A stretch of 53,418 nucleotides of DNA, counting the filler, from a bacterium (GTDB lineage Bacteria > UBA9089 > CG2-30-40-21 > SBAY01), in NCBI GenBank assembly GCA_040757115.1. It is 3 parts of 3 records of this genome, joined end to end, with 100 filler letters (N's around TTAATTAATTAA, not from the genome) between each part and the next. Parts side by side here need not be neighbours in the genome. Positions count along the whole stretch, not along the records: positions 1 to 18,023 come from JBFLYA010000069.1; 2 more parts are not named here. The stretch is one strand, 5' to 3'. A model generated the notes under the pieces. That model had not been told where the DNA came from. It saw nothing but the letters and a program-made list of their open reading frames with translations, and made no database searches. Shown one piece after another: positions 1 to 8,516 of the stretch. Each line of letters starts with the position of its first letter. Position 1 is the first letter of the stretch. The translations under genes and the position numbers were made by a program.

Positions 1-890
1 TATTAGCAATATTTATTTATCTAATTTGCTCATTCCTTAGCAAAAGATTACCACCGGGCATTATTATTCCCATAGATTATCCTGGAGAGCGGAAGATACA
101 TAAAACTCCGACACCCTGCTCGGGAGGAATGTTCATTTTTTTCTCAATCTATATCTCTCTAATAATAACTTTTTCCCTTTATCCGAACATTTTCTTTAAA
201 GATTGGCCAGGCTACACTTATACCTCCTTTATCTTTTGTGGTATGGGAATATTAATTCTTGGTCTCTGGGATGACCATAAGGACATTAAATCATTTGTTA
301 AATTGGTATTCCAAATATGTATTTGTTCAATAGCGGTAATGGCGGGTATAAAGTTTAAAATCGTTGATCTGGAAATCCTTAATATTATCCTGAAGTTTAT
401 TCTGGTTTCTCATTTTTATAAATGGGATGAATCTGATTGATGGAATTGATGGTCTTGCGTCTGGAATTACATTTATCGTGACTATATTTTTGCTCTTTAA
501 TGAAGGATTTGAATTTACACCTTTAGCCTCCATTCTTTCTGGAGCAGTATTAATATTCTTTATCTTCAACCTATCAAAAAAGATATTTTTAGGCAATTCC
601 GGCAGTATGTTATTAGGATTTTTACTTGCCGCCATTTCTATCTTTATATCAAATAAGGGAGAAAAAACAGATGTTTTATCGATTACTATTTTATGTTTTG
701 GAGTTCCTGTATTCGATATTATAGCCGCTATTATAAGAAGGACAAAAGAAGGTAGGTCTATATTTATGGGGGATGGAAGACATATTCACATTATTTACTC
801 AAAAAGGGCTTTCCCAATACAATGGTACTCTTATTCCTTCTTGGAGGCACTTTTATCTTAGGGTGTATATCTTTATTTATCTTCAAGTAG
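1..890 (+). pseudogene. WecA/TagO/MraY-family (glycosyltransferase family 4) undecaprenyl-phosphate GlcNAc-1-P transferase, 5' partial, two frameshifts
   Basis: Motifs DYPGERKIHKTPTPCSGG (72-128), GLWDD, NLIDGIDGLA, IFLGNSGS and HIH. The frame changes near 400-425 and near 790; the third frame continues YLLKKGF...FK* to 890. Confidence 0.8.
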
Positions 891-895
891 AGAGA

Positions 896-975
896 TATAG
901 CACTTATTAATCAAAATTTGACCCCGATATGGTTATGAAATTCCAAATCACAAATTCCAAATTCCAAACAAATTC
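896..975. mobile_element. Truncated end of an IS630/TA-type MITE
   Basis: Near-identical to the reverse complement of 36005-36084 (TATAGCACTTATTAATC...AAATTCCAAA repeats); cut off by the element starting at 977. Confidence 0.7.
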
Positions 976-976
976 G

Positions 977-1324
977 GTAACCGTTCAGCCACAGAGGCAC
1001 AGAGTTCACAGAGAATTAGAGAAATTAGCCACAAATGGACACGAATTAACCTGTAACATTCGATAAATGGTAATTGTTCAGGTAACAGGAATAATATTGA
1101 ATATCGAATGTAGAATGATGAAGTTTCTGGATTTTTCTGTTTGGCCATTTTTATACTTTGAACATTCTACATTCGATATTCTACATTCTACATTCAATAT
1201 TTTGTAAGCCAGAAGTGAGGCTAAAACCTCGCACTACAAATCTTTTTATTATTCGTGTTCATTCGTGGTTATATATTCCCTCTGTGTTCTGTGTGACTCT
1301 GTGGCTATATCCCTGAACGGTTAC
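977..1324. mobile_element. IS66-type MITE (composite)
   Basis: Perfect TIR GTAACCGTTCAG (977-988) / CTGAACGGTTAC (1313-1324) with nested internal inverted repeats; no TSD visible. Confidence 0.7.
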
Positions 1325-1351
1325 CCATTTTCCGCTGTCACATCCTGTTCA

Positions 1352-2200
1352 TCATACTAATTTCAATCTACACTCATTAACAACCTTTTGCCAGGGAAAG
1401 CCGGGATGAAGGTCAGATTTATCCCTTCGCAGATGGTGGTGCCCAAGAATACCGCTAAATTGTCGATAGCTATCATCTGCATCAAAATGATTAGCTGGTG
1501 TCTGCCTGGGAATCTTAAATTGTTCGCAGAGTCCATTAATTAACCCAATCACAGATGAAATCTGGGCATCAGAGTATGCATCAAAAAATCGGTATCCTCT
1601 CCAGGGTACTCCATTATCATAATAGGGTTGTGTAAATAATGTCCGTTCTGAGACCTTGCCAAAGCAATAGAGTTTGCCCTCTCTTTGAATTAAACCACCT
1701 TCACTGGCAATCTCAATTCCAATGCTTCGTTTATCCACAGCACCACCACTCCCTTTAAGTCCCAGATGGAATGCCCAGTATTTAGGGGCAAAAACTTCAT
1801 AGACGACACCATCTCTTTCTACAACATAAGCAGTAGCAATTCGACCACGGTCGCTCCTCCAGTAATTGATGGTGCTCAATGCTGTTCCCCCAACTGTGTG
1901 ATGCAAAACAATTAAATCTTTTGCTATTTCGTTGGCACAATAATCCTTAGATTCAAGAAGAACTGTCCGGTTAATATTTAGTTTGTAGTCTGGTGAAGGA
2001 GCAAATAGTATCTTCCAGGTTGTTGGTCCAACAATACCATCAATAGTAAGATTTTTTTCCTTTTGAAATGATTTAACTGCAGATGCTGTCCCTTCTCCGA
2101 AATCTCCATCTATTGCTCCCTGATAATACCCTAACGCCTTAAGTCTTTTCTGAATCTCCTTTACCTCTTTCCCTTTTGAACCAGGTTTGTAAACTGCCAT
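1352..2200 (-). CDS. Peptidoglycan-binding domain plus N-acetylmuramoyl-L-alanine amidase (Amidase_2)
   Basis: PG-binding repeat (GSKGKEVKEIQKRL...DGDFG...DGIVGPTTW) followed by IVLHHT, WAFH, SIGIEI and GH...KSD motifs; AGGAGG RBS before the ATG at 2200. Confidence 0.9.
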   Translation of the reverse strand: MAVYKPGSKGKEVKEIQKRLKALGYYQGAIDGDFGEGTASAVKSFQKEKNLTIDGIVGPTTWKILFAPSPDYKLNINRTVLLESKDYCANEIAKDLIVLHHTVGGTALSTINYWRSDRGRIATAYVVERDGVVYEVFAPKYWAFHLGLKGSGGAVDKRSIGIEIASEGGLIQREGKLYCFGKVSERTLFTQPYYDNGVPWRGYRFFDAYSDAQISSVIGLINGLCEQFKIPRQTPANHFDADDSYRQFSGILGHHHLRRDKSDLHPGFPWQKVVNECRLKLV

Positions 2201-2324
2201 TGTTTTAACCTCCTTGAATTTCATTAAAATTAACCTTATCCTATAATGCCCACGATAATCCCTCCCTGTCCAATGCTAACAAGAGGGCAGTTTTGTGGTG
2301 TCCTTAAATGCCTCTACTACCCCT

Positions 2325-2663
2325 CTACTCCGGCACATAAACCACTCTCCCATCCTTTAACTGATAGGCGGTTCCCAGCCTGATGCCTTCCCCGGTTAAT
2401 TTCTTATCTGTTACCTTCTTAGCCTTAATTTCCTTGCCTTTTTTGGTGATAATTTCCACCCTGCCATCCGCGGTCTTTTTGGTAATAGTTATTTCTGACT
2501 TTGGGTCAAGTAAATCCAGCATATTATAAGCCATAAACAGGGCAATCATCATACTGACGATAAAGACCACGCTGGCATCAAATAGGTTTGCTACCCCAGA
2601 AATAGGGTCTTCGAGTGGCTCTTCGTATTTCTCAAATCGTTTGTGTCTCTTCAAAAATCTCAT
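2325..2663 (-). CDS. DUF2149 domain membrane protein
   Basis: DP.SGVANLFD.S.VF motif and C-terminal G.G.RLG.AYQL.DG.VVYVPE; GGAGG RBS before 2663. Confidence 0.85.
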   Translation of the reverse strand: MRFLKRHKRFEKYEEPLEDPISGVANLFDASVVFIVSMMIALFMAYNMLDLLDPKSEITITKKTADGRVEIITKKGKEIKAKKVTDKKLTGEGIRLGTAYQLKDGRVVYVPE

Positions 2664-2750
2664 TGTTCCTCCTGAAAAATAGGAAGTAGAAAGTAGAGAG
2701 TAGAAAGTAAAGAAGACATCATTCCTCACGCCTATCTCCTACCACTATTT

Positions 2751-2908
2751 GTAAGCGTTCAGCCATCAGGTATCAGCAATCAGTTAACATCCAGGAAATC
2801 AGGATAGTAACAAATCCTACAATTTTGCGTAAAGGGTGTCTATGTGTCTGGTAGTCTATGTAACCCAGACACTTAGACACCCAGATACCAGACTACCTGA
2901 GCGGTTAC
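2751..2908. mobile_element. IS66-type MITE with 8-bp TSD
   Basis: TIRs GTAAGCGTTCAG / CTGAGCGGTTAC; TSD CACTATTT at 2743-2750 and 2909-2916; a close inverted copy lies at 39845-40001. Confidence 0.9.
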
Positions 2909-3011
2909 CACTATTTTCATCCTCATTCCTCTATCTTCTATTTTGTATCCGCGAATATCCGCATTATCAGCGTCATCAGCGTGCTATTATTTTTCATCGT
3001 CTTATTTACTT

Positions 3012-3803
3012 TTAGATATTAAACAATCTGCCTGCATTTGAAGTAGTAATATCGGCTATTTTCTGGATATTCATCCCTAAAATCTGACTAATCTTTGCGG
3101 CAGTATGTTTCAGATATACTGGTTCATTTCTTTTACCGCGATAAGGCACTGGCGTGAGATAAGGGCAATCTGTTTCGAGCAATAACCGCTCTAACGGAAT
3201 AACTTTTATGATTTTAACTAATGAATCTGCATAAGTAACCGCCCCACTTATGGAGATGTAAAATCCTGCATTAATTACCTCTTTAAGCATATCCACATCT
3301 CCAGAAAAGGAATGGAGGACTCCACTAACGACATTCGCCTTCTCTTCTTTTAATATCTTTAAAATATCTGAATGTGCCTCGCGGTCATGAACGATAACAG
3401 GTAAATTTGTCATTCTGGCTAATCTAATAAATTGACGAAATACCTCTTGTTGAACAGGTTGAGGAGATAGGTTTCGATAGTAGTCTAATCCAATTTCTCC
3501 AATTCCAACTACCTTTTTATTTTTGGTTAATTCTAAGAATGAGGAATAGTGATTATCATTAAATTGGACAGCATCATGGGGATGGACACCGACGGTAGCG
3601 TAAATGAAATCATACCTTTGGGCTAATTCAATGGAGCATCTACTTGTGATTAAATCCGAACCAACATTTATAATAGTCTGTATTCCCTCTTGTTTTGCTC
3701 GGAGGATGACTTCATGGCGGTCATCTGCAAATTTTTCATCCTCAAGATGGGCATGGGTGTCAATTAGGGCTACGGAAGATTTTATGGTCATAAGAATCCT
3801 CAT
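3012..3803 (-). CDS. tatD: TatD family deoxyribonuclease
   Basis: DTHAHL, VGVHPH, IGEIGLDY, VHDREA, LHSFSG, LLETDCPYL and GKRNEP motifs. Confidence 0.95.
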   Translation of the reverse strand: MRILMTIKSSVALIDTHAHLEDEKFADDRHEVILRAKQEGIQTIINVGSDLITSRCSIELAQRYDFIYATVGVHPHDAVQFNDNHYSSFLELTKNKKVVGIGEIGLDYYRNLSPQPVQQEVFRQFIRLARMTNLPVIVHDREAHSDILKILKEEKANVVSGVLHSFSGDVDMLKEVINAGFYISISGAVTYADSLVKIIKVIPLERLLLETDCPYLTPVPYRGKRNEPVYLKHTAAKISQILGMNIQKIADITTSNAGRLFNI

Positions 3804-3865
3804 TCAACGATAAAGCCACAGCGGTAGTGGAGTATTTTCAACACTCCATCATAGTGCGTGGATAG

Positions 3866-4246
3866 TTACTTCTTTTTAAAGAGAACCTGCCAGATGGTTT
3901 TATTTCTTTCTTCTTCCAGCAATACTTCTTTATGGTGCAATTCCCTTTTTAAAGACTCAATCAATTGGTCTCTTTTTTTCAGTGTCTCGGCCTTTTCTTT
4001 TTGAAAAGCCTGATTTTGCTCTTCCAATTCTTTTTTAAGGATTGCAATGGTATCATCTCGCTCGGCTAAAGCCTTTTCTAAATGTTCTACCTTCTTTTCT
4101 CTATCCATCAAAACTTTATGGGTATCGTTAAGTTCTCGCGTCAATCTTTGTCTTTCTTCTTCCTCTTCCCATGCCTTAGCGGCTATTTTTGAAAAATCAC
4201 TACTTGATGATTTTTTTTGTCCTGAATTTGATGATTTTTTTTCCAT
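3866..4246 (-). CDS. Hypothetical coiled-coil protein
   Basis: 126-aa E/K/L-rich heptad ORF with an AGGAGGAG RBS. Confidence 0.7.
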   Translation of the reverse strand: MEKKSSNSGQKKSSSSDFSKIAAKAWEEEEERQRLTRELNDTHKVLMDREKKVEHLEKALAERDDTIAILKKELEEQNQAFQKEKAETLKKRDQLIESLKRELHHKEVLLEEERNKTIWQVLFKKK

Positions 4247-4272
4247 CGTATTTACTCCTCCTTTTAAGAAAC

Positions 4273-4441
4273 GAACGCTCTCGGATAAAATTAAGCGGTA
4301 ATTTTATTAGCCTTCGCACACCGCAAATTTTTCCTTCACCCCCACTTTTTAAGTAGAGAGTAGAGAGTAGAAAGTAGGAATTTTGTTTTATTTACTTCCT
4401 ATTTCCCATTTCTTACTTCCTATTTTTATCCGAGAGGCTTC
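4273..4441. mobile_element. MITE with 5-bp TSD (family unassigned)
   Basis: TIRs GAACGCTCTCGGATAAAA / TTTTATCCGAGAGGCTTC; TSD GAAAC at 4268-4272 and 4442-4446; internal GTAGAGA heptamers. Confidence 0.8.
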
Positions 4442-4452
4442 GAAACCAAACG

Positions 4453-5610
4453 CTATTGGAAATTTAGCGTTGATTTTATTGGTCTTGTGTAACTATTTTC
4501 AATCTCTGTGGTGATTTCTTTTTCCCCCTCAAACATATGTTCATCTATATTTATACTTCTAAGTGCTCTTTTCAGGTCATCTACCTTATTACAAGAAGAA
4601 ATAGCCTCTTTATAACTAATCACATCATTTTTAAGTAATGCGGCTAATGATTGCTCCAGGGTTTGCATTCGATATTGACTTACTGATGTAAAAATAGTGT
4701 CATAGATTTTAGACAGGTTATGTTCTTCGATTAACTTTCTTATGGTTGGGGATGAGATTAGAATTTCAAAGGTTGCTACCCTACTTTTCCCATCTAACTT
4801 ACGAATTAACTTTTGGGAAATTATCCCTTGCAAACTAAGGGATAATTGAACACGCACCTGCTGTTGTTGTTCTGTCGGGAAGATACTTATTATTCGGTCT
4901 AAAGTCTGGTCAGCACTGGCGGTATGTAAAGTACTCAAGACTAAGTGTCCAGTTTCTGCGGCACGCATTGCCACCTTAAAGGTATCCATATCTCGCATCT
5001 CACCGATACAGATTACATTTGGGTCCTGTCTAAAAATACTTATTAAGGCATCATTCATAGAAAGTGTATCTGCACCTAATTCTTTCTGAGTTATGGTTGC
5101 TTTTTTATCCCTAAATAGGAATTCGATTGGGTCTTCCACCGTGATAATATGGCAAGCACGGTTTTCATTAATATAGTCAATCATCGCGGCTAATGTTGTT
5201 GATTTGCCACTTCCCGCCGGGCCGGTTATCAGAACTAATCCGTGAGGGGATGCGGCTAAATCCTTTAATACCTCTGGGAGTTCCAATGAATCAATCGTTG
5301 GGACTTCAAATGGAATCGCCCGAAATACTGCGGCAGCCGTTCCTCGTTGAGAAAAGATACTTGCTCTAAATCGTGAGACACCAGGAATACTATAACTAAT
5401 ATCTACCCAGTGCCGCTCATCAAATCTTTTCTTATGTTCATCATCCATAATAGATTCTAACATCTTTTTTGTATCATTAGCATTTAACTTCCCTGTTTGC
5501 TCCGGAACAATCTCGCCGGCAATACGTAAGATAGGTGGTCTGCCTACCTTTACCTGTAAATCAGAGGCACCTTTTTCTATCATCATTTTAAGCAGATTAT
5601 TAATTTCCAT
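4453..5610 (-). CDS. pilT: Type IV pilus retraction ATPase, PilT/PilU family
   Basis: [15 protein letters not shown] Walker [25 protein letters not shown] and [13 protein letters not shown] motifs. Confidence 0.92.
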   Translation of the reverse strand: MEINNLLKMMIEKGASDLQVKVGRPPILRIAGEIVPEQTGKLNANDTKKMLESIMDDEHKKRFDERHWVDISYSIPGVSRFRASIFSQRGTAAAVFRAIPFEVPTIDSLELPEVLKDLAASPHGLVLITGPAGSGKSTTLAAMIDYINENRACHIITVEDPIEFLFRDKKATITQKELGADTLSMNDALISIFRQDPNVICIGEMRDMDTFKVAMRAAETGHLVLSTLHTASADQTLDRIISIFPTEQQQQVRVQLSLSLQGIISQKLIRKLDGKSRVATFEILISSPTIRKLIEEHNLSKIYDTIFTSVSQYRMQTLEQSLAALLKNDVISYKEAISSCNKVDDLKRALRSINIDEHMFEGEKEITTEIENSYTRPIKSTLNFQ

Positions 5611-6298
5611 TTTTTAACCACCTCAATATAGACTCAAATATTACCCTGCCATCTTCGGTCCCGAGTCGCTTTTCACAACATCGCTCCGGGTGTGGCATCA
5701 TCCCTAAAATATTCCCTTCACGATTGCATATCCCGGCAATATTGTCTATTGAACCATTCGGATTAGCCTCATCCGCACATCGACCCTCTGGAGTTGAATA
5801 TCGAAATACTACCTGATTATTTTTCTTTAACTCTTCGATTGTTGTTTTGTCCGCATAGTAATTACCTTCTATATGGGCAATCGGGATATTTAAAACACGG
5901 TCTTGAGAAGTAACATTCGTAAACGGGGTTTTGTCATTTTCAACTCTAATGGTAACATATTTACATATAAAATTCAAGTTTTTATTGCGTAACATTGCCC
6001 CTGGCAAAAATCCGGCTTCAAGTAAGATCTGGAAACCATTACAAATTCCTAAAATTATCCCGCCTCGACTCACAAACTTTTCAATTCCAAACATTACCTT
6101 TGAAAATCGGGCAATTGCTCCGGTGCGTAAATAATCCCCATACGAGAATCCCCCTGGTAAAACGATGCAATCATATCCTTCCACATAACTTTGTTTATGC
6201 CAGATATATTCTACCTCTTGATTAAATATATGTTTTAGCACCCAATAACAATCATGGTCACAATTTGACCCCGGGAAAACGACAACACCCCATTTCAT
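5600..6298 (-). CDS. purQ: Phosphoribosylformylglycinamidine synthase subunit PurQ
   Basis: [32 protein letters not shown] and GMMPHPER motifs. Confidence 0.97.
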   Translation of the reverse strand: MKWGVVVFPGSNCDHDCYWVLKHIFNQEVEYIWHKQSYVEGYDCIVLPGGFSYGDYLRTGAIARFSKVMFGIEKFVSRGGIILGICNGFQILLEAGFLPGAMLRNKNLNFICKYVTIRVENDKTPFTNVTSQDRVLNIPIAHIEGNYYADKTTIEELKKNNQVVFRYSTPEGRCADEANPNGSIDNIAGICNREGNILGMMPHPERCCEKRLGTEDGRVIFESILRWLKNGN

Positions 6299-6361
6299 AG
6301 AGTAGTAAGTAGTAAGTAGTGAGTAATTATTACATCCTCTATCCCTCTACATTCCTACCTT

Positions 6362-6601
6362 TTATTTCACCTCCTCTATTTCAAACCTATAATCTTCAAT
6401 CACCGGATTAGCCAGGAGTCGGTCGCACATTTGCTCAATCGTCTGTGTATTTAATCCAGTGGCTTTTATCTCTAAATATTTTCCCACTCGAACATCTTCT
6501 ATTCCTTGATAACCAAGTGATTCAAGGGCTTTTTTTACCGTAACACCTTGCGGGTCTAAAACAGTTTTTTTTAAAGTAATATAAATTTTGGCTAATGACA
6601 T
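6362..6601 (-). CDS. purS: Phosphoribosylformylglycinamidine synthase subunit PurS
   Basis: LDPQG, VRVGKY and LLANPVIEDY motifs; directly upstream of purQ. Confidence 0.95.
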   Translation of the reverse strand: MSLAKIYITLKKTVLDPQGVTVKKALESLGYQGIEDVRVGKYLEIKATGLNTQTIEQMCDRLLANPVIEDYRFEIEEVK

Positions 6602-6632
6602 AAAATACCCCTTCTCTTTGGTAAATGGTAAC

Positions 6633-6930
6633 TGGTGAAACGGACATGAGCCAGGGCTCACAAAGGGCAATGAAAATGGGAGAAGGACAACCCCCTAACC
6701 CCCTTTATTAAGGGGGAATATCTGTTCTACACCATAGGATACAAGTCTGTGGATACTATACTAATTCACTAATCTCTAATTCACTAATTCGCTATTTTCA
6801 GGTGAAACGGACATGCCGACAAGTCGGCACATAGGAGGATGAAAATACTAGAGGGTAGAAAGAGAAAGAAAAGGCTTGTCTTTCCTTACTTTCTACTCTC
6901 TACTTTCTACTTCCTTATTTTCAGGAGAAC
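6633..6930. repeat. Two tandem intergenic repeat modules (GGTGAAACGGACATG-hairpin-ATGAAAAT...TATTTTCAGG)
   Basis: GGTGAAACGGACATG occurs at ~6633 and ~6801. The second module resembles the reverse complement of ~2666-2923, including CTTTCTA/CTCTCTA heptamers. Confidence 0.65.
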
Positions 6931-6939
6931 CCTATTTCT

Positions 6940-7722
6940 TTAAAGTCTATCAATTACTCCTCCAAATCCACCTACCCTGAGTAAAACAGAGAAAATAAGC
7001 AAACAAAACAATAACGCCATAACACAATAATCTATACTCGAGATTTTAAATTCAAGATACTGTGAGCGTGGTTCTTTACTACCAAATCCTTTTGATTCTA
7101 ATGCTTGAGCCAATAGGTCTGCTTTTTTAATCGCATAAGCAAGAGTAGGAATAATCAAAGGGATATATTTTTTACTCCTTGTAATCATTCCACCTTTGTC
7201 TAACTCTAATCCACGGGCTAATTGAGCCTGCACAATTGTCTCCAATACTTGAGCAAAAGTTGGCACTAATCTAAAAGCAAGTGATAACGCAAAACTAACC
7301 CGAAACGGCAATCCAAATCTGTTTAATCCCCAGGTAAACTCCTCTACCGTGATACAAGAAATGAATATCATCCCTGAAATAGCCATCATTATCAATCTAA
7401 AACTCATCCCCAGGCCATAAAGAAGGGATTCTTTAGATACAGATAAAAAACCAAACTCCCAGAGAACAGTTTCTCCTTTTATAAAAAAAGACCACATCAC
7501 CGGACACATAATCCCCAGCCACATAAGAAGTGTCTTTATTCGCCAGATGTTTTCTAAACATTGGCTTTTGTATCCAATCAAAAGAGTAAATCCCAACACC
7601 ACTAATAAATAACCAGGATGGTTAAAAACTAAGCTTAAGGCAAAAAGAAGGATTAGACTTATAATTTTAGTAATAGGATTTAAGTTATGTATTGGGGTTT
7701 GTTTATCTAAATAAAGATATAT
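6940..7722 (-). CDS. ecfT: Energy-coupling factor transporter transmembrane subunit EcfT/CbiQ
   Basis: The frame is open upstream of the listed ORF (YLYLDKQTPIHNLNPITKI); LAFRLVP, AQLARG and ALESKGF motifs. The probable start is ATA at 7722, 7 nt after GAGGAGG. Confidence 0.85.
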   Translation of the reverse strand: MYLYLDKQTPIHNLNPITKIISLILLFALSLVFNHPGYLLVVLGFTLLIGYKSQCLENIWRIKTLLMWLGIMCPVMWSFFIKGETVLWEFGFLSVSKESLLYGLGMSFRLIMMAISGMIFISCITVEEFTWGLNRFGLPFRVSFALSLAFRLVPTFAQVLETIVQAQLARGLELDKGGMITRSKKYIPLIIPTLAYAIKKADLLAQALESKGFGSKEPRSQYLEFKISSIDYCVMALLFCLLIFSVLLRVGGFGGVIDRL

Positions 7723-7752
7723 GGCAATCCCTCCTCACTTTACCTAATTATA

Positions 7753-8150
7753 TAGAGTTCCGCAAAACTAAGAAACTGTAGTTTTTAAGCGGGTATTTAA
7801 AACCTCTATTTTTATCAATTTCCTCCAAAAATCAAAATGCAAAAAGCAAATATAAAAATTACATATCAAAATGTAAAATTATCTCTTCCCTTTCAGCATT
7901 AAAATACTTGAAGCAAAGATATTACCAAATTCCTCCAACTCTTTGAGAAACACTATCCTTTGGCAACTTATCGATGAATTCTATAAGTCGCAGAGTAAAG
8001 TTATACAATCTTTTCTTGAAGTCCTTTTTGAAATTTGATTTGTAATTTTGCATTTTGATATTTATATTTGATATTTAATATTTGATATTTGATATTTGAT
8101 ATTTGATATTTATTTGTTGTCTCCCCCAAATCCTATTTTGCAGAACCTTA
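7753..8150. mobile_element. IS4-like MITE with 12-bp TSD carrying a deleted four-helix-bundle gene
   Basis: Imperfect TIRs TAGAGTTCCGCAAAA / TTTTGCAGAACCTTA; direct repeat TACCTAATTATA at 7741-7752 and 8151-8162. Confidence 0.8.
7879..8053 (-). pseudogene. Internally deleted four-helix-bundle protein (TIGR02436 / 23S rRNA IVP-like)
   Basis: N-terminus MQNYKSNFKKDFKKRLYNFTLRLIEFIDKLPKDSVSQRVG is joined out of frame to C-terminus EEFGNIFASSILMLKGKR*; flanked by TTTGATA heptamer arrays. Confidence 0.75.
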
Positions 8151-8156
8151 TACCTA

Positions 8157-8185
8157 ATTATACACTAAAAATTAATTTTGGTCAA
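8157..8185 (-). promoter_or_regulatory. Sigma70-type promoter facing ecfT
   Basis: TTGACC-17 nt-TATAAT on the minus strand. Confidence 0.65.
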
Positions 8186-8196
8186 GAAAAAAATTG

Positions 8197-8225
8197 TTGC
8201 ATTCTTTTTAAAATGATGATATAAT
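8197..8225 (+). promoter_or_regulatory. Sigma70-type promoter for the yggU-ileS operon
   Basis: TTGCAT-17 nt-TATAAT with an extended -10 TG. Confidence 0.65.
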
Positions 8226-8237
8226 TATTTAAATTTA

Positions 8238-8516
8238 ATGAGTGTGAATTTTAAAATCAAGGTAATCCCTAAAGCCTCGAAAAATGAGATATTGGAACTG
8301 ACAGACGGGTTATTAAAAATAAAAGTTACTGCTCCACCAGTTGAGGGAGCGGCAAATGAAGCGGTTATAAAACTATTAGCCAGAAAATTAGGCTTAAAAA
8401 AGTCACAAATTGCTATTGTTCAGGGGCAAAAATCAAAGATTAAAACGATTGAACTAAATGGAGTAAATGAAGATGAACTATCAAGATACATTGAACTTGC
8501 CAAAAACAGAGTTTAA
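8238..8516 (+). CDS. yggU: DUF167 / YggU family protein
   Basis: KVIPKASKNEI, LKIKVTAPPVEGAANEA and G.KSK.K motifs. Confidence 0.9.
   Translation: MSVNFKIKVIPKASKNEILELTDGLLKIKVTAPPVEGAANEAVIKLLARKLGLKKSQIAIVQGQKSKIKTIELNGVNEDELSRYIELAKNRV

Noticed and set aside
948-1148. Small ORFs in repeat DNA (also 27080-27367, 36335-36529, 37346-37540, 39743-39979, 43616-43828, 16473-16721)
   Set aside because: They are translations of MITE, tandem-repeat or attC sequence with low-complexity composition.
4261-4345. Possible riboswitch upstream of the coiled-coil gene
   Set aside because: Lies inside a TIR/TSD-bounded MITE and lacks a recognisable aptamer consensus.
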